A stretch of 64,000 bases of DNA from a virus, in IMG/VR virus record IMGVR_UViG_3300006931_000002, positions 32,001 to 96,000 of that record; one strand, written 5' to 3'. The translations under genes were made by a program, and so were the position numbers. Below, in pieces: positions 56,119 through 64,000 of the stretch. The notes below the pieces were generated by a model. It saw only the letters and a list, made by a program, of their open reading frames with translations. It made no database searches and was not told where the DNA came from. The stretch's first letter is position 1; each line of letters opens with the position of its first letter.

Positions 56119-56429
56119 CTGACGACCGGCACTGGTGTGAGCACTGCGGCGGATGGTTCGCTGTCGACCACTACGACGACCTGATCGTGCCCGACGACGA
56201 TGACAGTCCCTGTATGGGTGGCGGCCACAAGGTCGGAGTCGAGTACGGTCCGATCGGCCGGCTACTGGCCATCGAAGCTGCGGCGAAGGAACTGGCTGCC
56301 GCGACCGATCCCGAAGCGCTCGACGACGGCACCCTGGAGCCCTACTCGACCGCTTGGTACAGGCGCGACTGGATAGCGGAGGCCCACGGGAAGCTCGCCG
56401 GGCTGCTGGGCGTCGGTGCTGACGCTTGA
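56115..56429 (+). CDS. hypothetical protein
   Basis: Coupled ORF, CEHC. Confidence 0.5.
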   Translation: MTDDRHWCEHCGGWFAVDHYDDLIVPDDDDSPCMGGGHKVGVEYGPIGRLLAIEAAAKELAAATDPEALDDGTLEPYSTAWYRRDWIAEAHGKLAGLLGVGADA

Positions 56430-56492
56430 TTGGCCCTTTCGCTGCTCCCCTGCCCGTGACATCCTGTCTTCCCTGATCTAGGGGGGACGCCC

Positions 56493-56780
56493 ATGATGGA
56501 GCCATACGGCCCGGACCGCCTGCCCGACGACACGGGACCCCTCGCGGCCTTCAACATCGACCTGATGACTATCGAGCAGCGCTTCGCCGCCGCCCTGCTG
56601 ACAGAAGCCGTCCGCGACGCCGACGACGCGCTGTTCGACGACATGGCCCCAGGCAACCCGGACTGGGCCGAGATGATGCGAGCCGTCCGCGAGGTGATGC
56701 TGACCATGAACGCCCTCCAACGGAAGGGTGCGGTGAAGGTCCTCAACGCGACGATCCAAGCCCTGCGAGACGTCGACTAG
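56493..56780 (+). CDS. hypothetical protein
   Basis: RBS GGGGGA. Confidence 0.55.
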   Translation: MMEPYGPDRLPDDTGPLAAFNIDLMTIEQRFAAALLTEAVRDADDALFDDMAPGNPDWAEMMRAVREVMLTMNALQRKGAVKVLNATIQALRDVD

Positions 56781-56850
56781 GACCCCACTTGACCTGCGCC
56801 GATCGCGATGTCCTATATTGGGCCTGCACCGCTATGCCCGGAGGTCGCCG

Positions 56851-57084
56851 ATGCGTCCTGCGGGCATGCTCGTCTTGGAAGAGATCGCGATCTGGCTGGG
56901 TCCGCCGTACTGGCCCAACACGACCCGGTGTAAATCCACCTACCGGCTGTTGCTGCGCGAGGGCATCGCCCCGGCGGTCAGAGGCCACCAGCGGAAACCC
57001 TCTCTCTGGCGCTTCGTCGACCTCGAACCCCTCAAGGACCTCGTCCCCAGTGCCCGCTACGACGACGAATGGGAGGCGGCATGA
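56851..57084 (+). CDS. small DNA-binding-like protein
   Basis: RBS GGAGG. Confidence 0.5.
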   Translation: MRPAGMLVLEEIAIWLGPPYWPNTTRCKSTYRLLLREGIAPAVRGHQRKPSLWRFVDLEPLKDLVPSARYDDEWEAA

Positions 57085-57241
57085 CCGAGACCGCCGAGCT
57101 TGGCTCGTTCGCCGCGGCGTGGGCTGAGGCGCTTCGTACCGCCCGTTCCCGCCCCGTCTGTGGCCAGTGTGACCAGCCGTGGGACGCGGAACCCTGCGGG
57201 GCCATGCACGCCGTGGTGGCGACCGAACCGGCGGTCGAGGT

Positions 57242-57424
57242 TCACCCTTCCGCCTGACGGGCGAGTTTCGCCGCGTGGCGTGCACGGTTTCCGTACTCCC
57301 GGCGCCGGCCGTGTGCCTCCTGGAACTCGGCCAGCGCCTTTCTGCGCCGGCGGACCCGTTCGATTCGGGCTGCTACCCGGGCGTCGACAATCGCCCCCAC
57401 GTCTACATCAACCGAAACGTTCAT
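57242..57424 (-). CDS. small basic protein downstream of tRNA-like RNA
   Basis: 60 aa, Arg-rich helix. Confidence 0.5.
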   Translation of the reverse strand: MNVSVDVDVGAIVDARVAARIERVRRRRKALAEFQEAHGRRREYGNRARHAAKLARQAEG

Positions 57425-57464
57425 ACGTTGATCATCGCATGAACGGTCCAGTCTTTTTGCACTG

Positions 57465-57576
57465 CACCACCGGGCGGGGATTGAACCCGCGCGCTCCTGT
57501 CCCCGAACGGGTGCGACGCCATGGCCGGTCACGGTCCCGCCTTCGCCGGGTGCTCTACCGCTGAGCTACCGGGGTG
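57465..57576 (-). ncRNA. tRNA-like RNA with expanded anticodon arm
   Basis: TA-GCTC-AGCGGTA-GAGC D-arm; GCGGG-TTCAATC-CCCGC T-arm; CACCCCGG/CCGGTGGTG closing stem; about 60 nt between D and T arms. Confidence 0.65.
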
Positions 57577-57630
57577 TTGTGGGCGCCGCCCGGTGGGTTT
57601 GTTCGTCGCGATCGCCCGTCGGATGGGCGG

Positions 57631-57677
57631 CACCTGCACCCACTCTACCAGCGGAAACGCGGTAGAATGGGCAGGTG
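57631..57677. promoter_or_regulatory. symmetric bidirectional promoter
   Basis: Imperfect inverted repeat carrying TAGAAT (+, 57663) and TAGAGT (-, 57647). Confidence 0.5.
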
Positions 57678-57860
57678 GAAGAAGCTCGGTATCAGCTCAT
57701 CGTCGATGAGCGTGACCCCAATACGGTGACTGTGGTGGACCGGGTTGGCGAACGGCTCCCCAATGGGCACCGAAGGCACGCCAAGGGCTGTTCCCGCCGA
57801 CTCAAGACCCGCTGGTCTGGGATGCGCTGCGACTGTGGCGCCCGTTGGCAGTGCTACTAG
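57675..57860 (+). CDS. small Cys/His protein
   Basis: Leaderless-type start; H...C...CDC. Confidence 0.5.
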   Translation: MEEARYQLIVDERDPNTVTVVDRVGERLPNGHRRHAKGCSRRLKTRWSGMRCDCGARWQCY

Positions 57861-57875
57861 GCGCGGGGGTCTGAC

Positions 57876-58154
57876 ATGCCGTGGATCAACAGGATTCGCG
57901 AGTCGACACATCCGGCTTCACGATGCAAGAAGCCGCCCGTCGGCGGATTTGCCGCCGGCTCGGTGTTCGAGTGTGACGACTGCAAACGCCACTGGCGCTT
58001 CGACGGTCCCGGACAGCAAGACTGGACCGAGCTTCCTTCCGGTGCTTCCGACCCGGCTGAGACATGGTCGAACCTTCTCGTCGACCTCGACGAAGACGAG
58101 GCAACTGAGAAGCTGACAGCGTTCCTGACCGGCCCGGCATCCGACCAGCCGTGA
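57876..58154 (+). CDS. hypothetical Zn-binding protein
   Basis: H..C.KP...GSVFECDDC..W. Confidence 0.55.
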   Translation: MPWINRIRESTHPASRCKKPPVGGFAAGSVFECDDCKRHWRFDGPGQQDWTELPSGASDPAETWSNLLVDLDEDEATEKLTAFLTGPASDQP

Positions 58155-58344
58155 GCCTCCTTCTCGGCGCCTGCGAGGACTGCGGCCACGAGGTCCGCAC
58201 CGGTCAGCGGCTCGACTATGTGATCCTCCGCGCCGGCCACCTTCGCCGCTGGTTCTGGTGGCACAGGGACTGCGACGACCTCGAAGACCACCGGAACGGC
58301 TGAGCCCCTGACCCATCGACCATGAACACCTGTGGAGCGTCCCG

Positions 58345-58890
58345 ATGCGGTGCCGAGGCAAGACAAAGGCCGGCGGCCAGTGCAAGAAGGACGCAATTCG
58401 CGGCGGACTGGTGTGCAACACGCATGGCGGTAGCGCCCCGCAGGTGAAGGCCAAGGCCGCGGTCCGCGCCGAGGTCACCGCATGGGGCCTGACCGACGAG
58501 AAGGTCGACCCCGGGGAAACCCTGCTACGGCTTCTCGCCCAGTCGGCCCGCCGCGCCCAGGTCTACGCCGCCGAACTACAAGCCAAGGTCGACGAGTTCG
58601 GCCTGGAGAAAGCCACGGTCGGTGTCGCCTTCGGCGAGGGCGGCCTGATGGGCGAGTACATTCGCGCGTTGGCCCAGCTCGAAGCCGACGAACGGGACCG
58701 CTGCGCGAACTTCTCCCGCCTCGCGCTGGCCGCCGGGCTGGAGGAACGTCGGGTCAAGCTGGCCGAACAGCAGGGCAGTCTGATCACGGACTTCCTGCGT
58801 GCGGTGATGGGCGACCCGGAACTTGGGCTGACCGCAGAGCAGCGGAGTGCGATGCCAGCCGTGATCCGGCGTCATCTCCACTCTGCGTAG
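58345..58890 (+). CDS. terS: terminase small subunit (HGGxSTG-like domain)
   Basis: CRGKTKAGGQC....GGLVCNTHGG; directly upstream of TerL. Confidence 0.75.
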   Translation: MRCRGKTKAGGQCKKDAIRGGLVCNTHGGSAPQVKAKAAVRAEVTAWGLTDEKVDPGETLLRLLAQSARRAQVYAAELQAKVDEFGLEKATVGVAFGEGGLMGEYIRALAQLEADERDRCANFSRLALAAGLEERRVKLAEQQGSLITDFLRAVMGDPELGLTAEQRSAMPAVIRRHLHSA

Positions 58891-58964
58891 TCGAAATCAC
58901 CCGCTTGTGATCTTTGCGCCGGGGCTGAGACCCCAAGGCGCTCACGCTGCGTGGCGAGGGCCGG

Positions 58965-60578
58965 ATGTCGCTCCTGCCCGACGACCTCGTTGCCGCGTTT
59001 GAACTGGCCGCCGATGCGCTCGACGTCGACTCCCGCCAGCAGCAGTACCGCACCAACCCGGCGATGTGGATCGCCGACCGGCTCGACGAGTATCTGTGGT
59101 CCAAGCAGGTCGACATCCTGACCGCGCTGACCCGACACCGCCGCGTCGCGGTCAAGTCGTGCCACGGTGCTGGGAAGTCGCACACTGCCTCCCGGGCGGT
59201 GGCGTGGTGGCTGTCAATCTGGCCGCCTGGTACTGCGTTTGTCGTCACGACCGCGCCGACGGCCAAGCAGGTTGAGGCGATCCTGTGGCGGTACATCGGG
59301 CAGGCCGCGAAGAAGGCTGACGCTGCGGGGAAGCCGCTCGTCGGCCGCGTTCTCACCACAGAGTGGAAGATCGACACCGAGCTGATCGCGTTCGGCCGGA
59401 AGCCCGCCGACTACGACACCGAGGCGTTCCAGGGCATCCACGCCGAACACGTCCTCGTCGTCATCGACGAGGCGTCGGGTGTGCCCGAGCAGTTGTGGAC
59501 CGCGGCCGACTCGTTGACGTCGAACGATGGCTGCGCACTGCTGGCGATCGGTAACCCGGCCGACCCGGCGTCATACTTCGCCAGGGCCTGCGAGTCATGG
59601 CACACGATCACCATCTCGGCGTTCGACACACCCAACCTGACCGGCGAGAAGGTCCCCGACCAGCTCCGCAAGGTGCTCGTCTCCAAGTCGTGGGTTGAGG
59701 AGAAGCGCACCGACTGGGGTGAGGACTCCCCCCTGTGGTCGGAGAAGGTTCTCGGCGAGTTCCCCACCGACGCCTCCGACCAGGTCGTCCGCTCCTCGGA
59801 CCTCGCGAAGTGCCGGCAACCCAGCGACCGGGTGTACGCCCCGTCGGATCTGCTGCCCGTCGTCCTCGGCGTCGACGTTGGCGGCGGCGGCGACGAGACG
59901 GTGATCCGGGAGCGCCGCGGCCGGATGGTCGGACGCGAATGGCGGGACCGGAACGACAACACGATGACCGTCGTCAACAACGTGCTCCACGCGATCGAGG
60001 TAACCGGGGCGACGCTGGTCAACGTCGACTCGATCGGCATCGGCGCCGGCGTGTGCGACCGGCTGAACGAGCTACGCGACCAGGGCAAGCATGCCGCCAC
60101 CATCGTGGGTGTGAACGTCGGCCAGGCCGCGACCGACACCGAGCGGTTCGCGAACCTGCGGGCCGAACTGTGGTGGGTCATAGGCCGGCTGGGCTCCGAG
60201 CGGGGCGAATGGGACCTTGCCCCGGCCGAGTACTCGACTGACGGGGTGTGGCTGTCCGGGATGGAAAACCCGGATGCGGCGTGCGCCCAGTTGCTGGCGC
60301 CGAAGTGGTTTGCGGACATCAAGGGCCGCATCCAGATCGAGAAGAAGGACGAGGTCCGTAAGCGGCTGGGCCGCAGCCCGGACAACGCCGACGCTCTCCT
60401 TCTGTCGTTCGTCGACCTGCGCGGCGGCACGCAGTTCTTCATGGACCAGTGGTTCGCCCAAGAGGACGCCGCCGGCCCGAAGCCGCAGCTTCCGCCCGAT
60501 GAGACCCCGGCCCCGTTGGGCATCGAAGACCTGTTCCCCGGCCAGACCTCACAGGACGGGTGGCGGAGGCCGCTGTGA
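58965..60578 (+). CDS. terL: terminase large subunit
   Basis: SCHGAGKS, VIDEASG, IGNP, GVDVG..GD, SPDNADA. Confidence 0.93.
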   Translation: MSLLPDDLVAAFELAADALDVDSRQQQYRTNPAMWIADRLDEYLWSKQVDILTALTRHRRVAVKSCHGAGKSHTASRAVAWWLSIWPPGTAFVVTTAPTAKQVEAILWRYIGQAAKKADAAGKPLVGRVLTTEWKIDTELIAFGRKPADYDTEAFQGIHAEHVLVVIDEASGVPEQLWTAADSLTSNDGCALLAIGNPADPASYFARACESWHTITISAFDTPNLTGEKVPDQLRKVLVSKSWVEEKRTDWGEDSPLWSEKVLGEFPTDASDQVVRSSDLAKCRQPSDRVYAPSDLLPVVLGVDVGGGGDETVIRERRGRMVGREWRDRNDNTMTVVNNVLHAIEVTGATLVNVDSIGIGAGVCDRLNELRDQGKHAATIVGVNVGQAATDTERFANLRAELWWVIGRLGSERGEWDLAPAEYSTDGVWLSGMENPDAACAQLLAPKWFADIKGRIQIEKKDEVRKRLGRSPDNADALLLSFVDLRGGTQFFMDQWFAQEDAAGPKPQLPPDETPAPLGIEDLFPGQTSQDGWRRPL

Positions 60579-60850
60579 GCATCTGGAGTTCCCTCACCCT
60601 GCCAGAGCCGATCCGCGACATCGACGGCCACGAACTCGACGTGGCCCGCACCGGGATGCATCCAGCCGCAGCGCCTTCTGGCTATGCGGTCCGGATCGCC
60701 GCCTCGGACCCCGCTGTCGTGCCCGATGTGTACGTCGAACTGTCCGAACAGGACGCGGCCCGGCTGCGGGATGCACTGACAGCCGCGCTTGCCGAGAACG
60801 CCGAGAATGCCAGACGCTGGCGTGAGATAGCCGAGCAGGCCCGGCACTGA
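60575..60850 (+). CDS. hypothetical protein
   Basis: Between terL and portal. Confidence 0.55.
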   Translation: MSIWSSLTLPEPIRDIDGHELDVARTGMHPAAAPSGYAVRIAASDPAVVPDVYVELSEQDAARLRDALTAALAENAENARRWREIAEQARH

Positions 60851-60871
60851 CCTGAACGCCGCGGAGGGCCG

Positions 60872-63004
60872 ATGTCCTCCCGTAGCCGTCGCCGCGCCCA
60901 GCAGCGCCGCCGCCTCGACAAGGCCAGCTACGCGGCCGGCGCCCGTGCGATTGGCGCGCAAACCCGGGACATGTCCGCGCAGGCCAATGCCCTAGCAACG
61001 ATGCAGTCCGGGATGCCGATCGGATCCTACGAGCCGCTTCCCCGCGAGCTGCCCTACACGGTGCCGTTCGGCCCGCTGACCCCCCTGCCGCCCTACGGCA
61101 TCGACCCGCTACGGCCTGATGGCCGCAGTGATCCGCGGGCCTGGGAATATCCGGTCGGCTGGAACATTCCAGGCGGCGAACACAGGCTCATCCCGTTCGA
61201 CACGCTACGGGCGGCAGCGCGGACCGACATCGTCCAGGACTGCATGCGGGTCATACGGACGGAAATCTGCGGCCTCGACTGGGGTATCGCCGTTTCTGAG
61301 GATGCGATCGCCACTGCGGCCGAGTTGGGTGGGCTGCGGCAGACGGAGGCGAAGCAGCAGCTCCGCGAGAAGCTGGCCCCGCAGATCGCGAAGGCCCGGG
61401 ACTTCTGGCAGATGCCCGACCCGCGTGAGGGGCTGTCCTTCTCGGACTGGCTGTGGATCGGCCTCGAAGAAGTGTTGACATTGGATGCGTGGCCGCTGTT
61501 CCCGCAGCTGACCTACGGCAACGAACTGTTCGCACTGTGGAACATCGACGGCAGTGTCATTAAGCCGCTGTTGGACGGCTACGGCCGCCGGCCCGAACCT
61601 CCGGACCCCGCCTTCCAAGAGATCATGTATGGCTTCCCTCGGGGCGAGTACAAGGCTCCGGTCGGGAATGACGGCACCGTCGAGGGCGGGCGCACCGCCG
61701 ACGAGCTGATCTACAACGTTCGGAACAAGCGGGTCCACTCCCCCTACGGCTTCGGCCCGGTTGAGAACGCCTTGGTGCGGATCAACCTGTGGATGAAGCG
61801 CGCCGAGTGGATGACCCGCCAGTTCGACTCGTCCGCGCTGCCCCTGGCACTCATGGAACTTCCGGAGACGGTCCGGATGACTCCGGATGAGATGCAACGC
61901 TGGCGCCGGTCGATCAACACCCAGCTTGCCGGGGATCTCGCGGAGCGGCAGCGGATTCAGATCGGCCTGCCAGGTGGGAAGCTCGCGAAGTTCGCGGACA
62001 ACTCGGAGCTGTACAAGCCCGAGTACGACACGTACATCGTCAAGCTGATCTGCGCGTCGTTTCAGGTGACCCCGGCGGAGATCGGGTTCATCGAAACCGG
62101 CGGACTGGGTGGGGCGAGCTATCACGAGGGTCAGGAGAACATCCAGTACCGGAAGATGATCCTGCCGTGGGCGAAGTGGCTGTCCGGCATCTTCAACATG
62201 ATCAACCGCCGGTATCTGGGTTTGGACCCGGCGATCGAGTTCCGCTTCCTCGGATTGGAAGAAGAAGACGAAGCCGCCGCCGACGCGGTCCTTCTGTCCC
62301 GCGTCGAATCGGGCCGGATGACGTTGAACGAGGCCCGCGACGAGATGGGCCTAGCCCCCTATGCGGACATGCCCGAAGCAGACGAACCCTACATCCTGTC
62401 GAGGATGGGCCCGCAGTTCATCCGCGGGTTGCAGGAGCAGCAGGAAGCCCAGGGTGAGGCGGTCAAGGCCGGCGCCGAGGCGGCGAAAGCGAACCTTGCG
62501 GCCGGCAACCTGCCCTCCGGCAAGCCGCTGAACACGCCGAAGGGCGAGCGGGAGGACGGCGACGAGCAGACCCCGGACGAAGGCAGCCCGGACGCCGGCT
62601 CGAAGCCCCCAGCACAGGGCAACGCGAAGTCCGGCGACACACAGAAGCCCGTGAAGGGTGCGGAGAAGTCCGCCGCGGTCGCCGAACTCGACGCCTTCGC
62701 CAACTGGGCCCGCAAGCTCGCCAAGGGGCAGACGAAGGCCCGGCCGTTCACGTTCACCGCTGTCCCTGACGAAACAGCGAAGACGTTGAACCATCTCGTC
62801 GCCGACGACTCCCCCGCCGACGCCGCAAGCCTGGCGAAGGCAACCGCGGCCGAGCTGCGCAAGGCTGGCGGTGGTGGCGGGGGGCGAGCCGAAAGCCCGC
62901 CCCCGGGATCGGGAGCGGGCAGCGTGGCTGGGCTTCCAAGCCCACGACCAGCTAGGGCCACGGATGGCCGGGCACGTCTCCCGGGCCGCATCTGGGCTTA
63001 TTGA
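60872..63004 (+). CDS. phage portal protein
   Basis: SPYGFGPVE, ICASFQVTPAEIG, MTLNEARDEMGLAP; position after terL. Confidence 0.88.
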   Translation: MSSRSRRRAQQRRRLDKASYAAGARAIGAQTRDMSAQANALATMQSGMPIGSYEPLPRELPYTVPFGPLTPLPPYGIDPLRPDGRSDPRAWEYPVGWNIPGGEHRLIPFDTLRAAARTDIVQDCMRVIRTEICGLDWGIAVSEDAIATAAELGGLRQTEAKQQLREKLAPQIAKARDFWQMPDPREGLSFSDWLWIGLEEVLTLDAWPLFPQLTYGNELFALWNIDGSVIKPLLDGYGRRPEPPDPAFQEIMYGFPRGEYKAPVGNDGTVEGGRTADELIYNVRNKRVHSPYGFGPVENALVRINLWMKRAEWMTRQFDSSALPLALMELPETVRMTPDEMQRWRRSINTQLAGDLAERQRIQIGLPGGKLAKFADNSELYKPEYDTYIVKLICASFQVTPAEIGFIETGGLGGASYHEGQENIQYRKMILPWAKWLSGIFNMINRRYLGLDPAIEFRFLGLEEEDEAAADAVLLSRVESGRMTLNEARDEMGLAPYADMPEADEPYILSRMGPQFIRGLQEQQEAQGEAVKAGAEAAKANLAAGNLPSGKPLNTPKGEREDGDEQTPDEGSPDAGSKPPAQGNAKSGDTQKPVKGAEKSAAVAELDAFANWARKLAKGQTKARPFTFTAVPDETAKTLNHLVADDSPADAASLAKATAAELRKAGGGGGGRAESPPPGSGAGSVAGLPSPRPARATDGRARLPGRIWAY

Positions 63005-63371
63005 TGCGGAGGCAGTGGCGCGGGCCCTCGCGTCCCGCTGGCCGTCGGGGACGACCACCGACCCGGCAGTACTGCGGGCTGAGATTCGGATGATCCTCGA
63101 CCAGCATGCCCGTAAGGGTGTGCTCGGCCCGGCACTCGCCGAGGTCTACCGGGCGGGATGGAAGGCGGGCGAGGTAGCGGCAGACGACGCAGTGGCGCGG
63201 GTGAAACCGACGGCGCCACCGACAGTCGCAGTGCCGCTACACCACCAACCGACACCCGCGTTCAAGGCCGCGAAGCCTGACGACGCCGGGCGGAAACGTG
63301 AACTGCGCGACCTCGACCAGCTCATGCGCGAAGCGCCCGGCGCCCCACGTGGTGGCCGCAGCATCTTCTGA
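62871..63371 (+). CDS. head-associated/hypothetical protein overlapping portal 3' end
   Basis: Protein-like ORF (VYRAGWKAG); start uncertain. Confidence 0.5.
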   Translation: MVAGGEPKARPRDRERAAWLGFQAHDQLGPRMAGHVSRAASGLIDAEAVARALASRWPSGTTTDPAVLRAEIRMILDQHARKGVLGPALAEVYRAGWKAGEVAADDAVARVKPTAPPTVAVPLHHQPTPAFKAAKPDDAGRKRELRDLDQLMREAPGAPRGGRSIF

Positions 63372-63438
63372 GACCGTGCTGGCGTCGGGACCTTGAGGCG
63401 GCCACGACGCCAGCACGCACAACCCGGCTATCGCTTCC

Positions 63439-63873
63439 TCAACGCGGAAGGGGGTCGTGGTCCGGCGGGAAAGCCAGCGCCAAAAGGGCCTCCGGGTCCT
63501 CCACGAGCATCCGGGCGCGGTCCTCGCATCGGCAACCCTCCTGTCGATGTCGATACTGCGACCTGCTGGACATCGGCCTACCGCAGAACACGCATTCAGC
63601 GCCATCCTCGTGGGACGTGTACACATGCCTGTGGTCCCCGTCGAGAATCCCGATTGTCGACCCGCGAGCGCTATTGCATGGCTGACAGGCCGCACGACCA
63701 TTGGGAAGTACGCGCGCGCCTTTTCTGCTGGCGGGGCGTACATGTTCGAAGGTGGCGGCGGCGGTTCCTGGCGCAGCACCCTCGATCGACAGCGGAACTC
63801 CACAGTGGCAGCAGGCCGGCCCGTCGCGCTCCAAGATCCACGCCAGAATTCGGTTTGAGTTCGACGTGGGCAT
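63439..63873 (-). CDS. HNH endonuclease (antisense insertion)
   Basis: ERDG..CCHCG...TFEHVRPASRKG....N...ACQPCNSARG. Confidence 0.8.
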   Translation of the reverse strand: MPTSNSNRILAWILERDGPACCHCGVPLSIEGAAPGTAAATFEHVRPASRKGARVLPNGRAACQPCNSARGSTIGILDGDHRHVYTSHEDGAECVFCGRPMSSRSQYRHRQEGCRCEDRARMLVEDPEALLALAFPPDHDPLPR

Positions 63874-64000
63874 GTGGACGGTCGCGGTCCCGGCTTCAAT
63901 GCGGGTGGCGCGCGCTTGGTTGCATGGCGCACAACTTGGCCGGATGTTGAGGGCTTGGTAGGTGCCACCTGCGCTCGGTGGTGTGATGAGTTCGGCGACA

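Larger units (their letters stand above)
1..64000. mobile_element. Temperate actinophage / prophage (partial, extends beyond both window ends)
   Basis: Terminase, portal, integrase, repressor, DnaB/SSB/Rad52, WhiB, Lsr2, dense ATGA/GTGA-coupled small ORFs; no host core genes. Confidence 0.93.

Noticed and set aside
57465-57576. Functional canonical tRNA or attachment-site tRNA fragment
   Set aside because: No 7-nt anticodon loop, bulged acceptor stem, no CCA; both halves present and no adjacent integrase

Overview
High-GC (roughly 68-70% by eye) actinobacterial DNA that is phage-like from end to end, with no host housekeeping genes. It reads as part of one large temperate actinophage or plasmid-like prophage. 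Layout: (1) 1-10.9 kb, a leftward operon of small coupled early genes (DUF3560, SWIM/DUF6011, DUF4326, SLOG), with one gene split by a complete IS200/IS605 element (tnpA+tnpB, 4708-6465). (2) 11.1-24.2 kb, a rightward replication module: HNH, initiator with six internal iterons, DnaC/IstB-like loader, DnaB, SF2 helicase, SSB, ParB-like protein. (3) About 24.2-33.3 kb, a mixed-orientation island: lipoprotein, AlpA-like protein, a second HTH initiator-like gene with its own repeats, a GntR/UTRA regulator, LexA boxes, coupled micro-ORFs, HNH, a large serine recombinase and an RDF-like ORF. (4) 33.8-58.2 kb, a repressor plus divergent early/middle genes: Rad52/Sak, methyltransferase-like, sigma-like, VRR-NUC, WhiB, RLIG1/DUF5565-like RNA ligase, nucleotidyltransferase, two tyrosine recombinases flanking an EndoVII gene, Lsr2, DUF6221. 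(5) 58.3-64 kb, TerS, TerL, portal and HNH. Most notable observations: a 112-nt tRNA-shaped RNA with an expanded anticodon arm behind a symmetric bidirectional promoter; a tyrosine recombinase with two catalytic residues changed to Gln; a 26-bp operator/promoter shared by both arms; and a possible SOS-controlled satellite nested inside the phage. Family assignments come from motif recognition by eye, not database searches.
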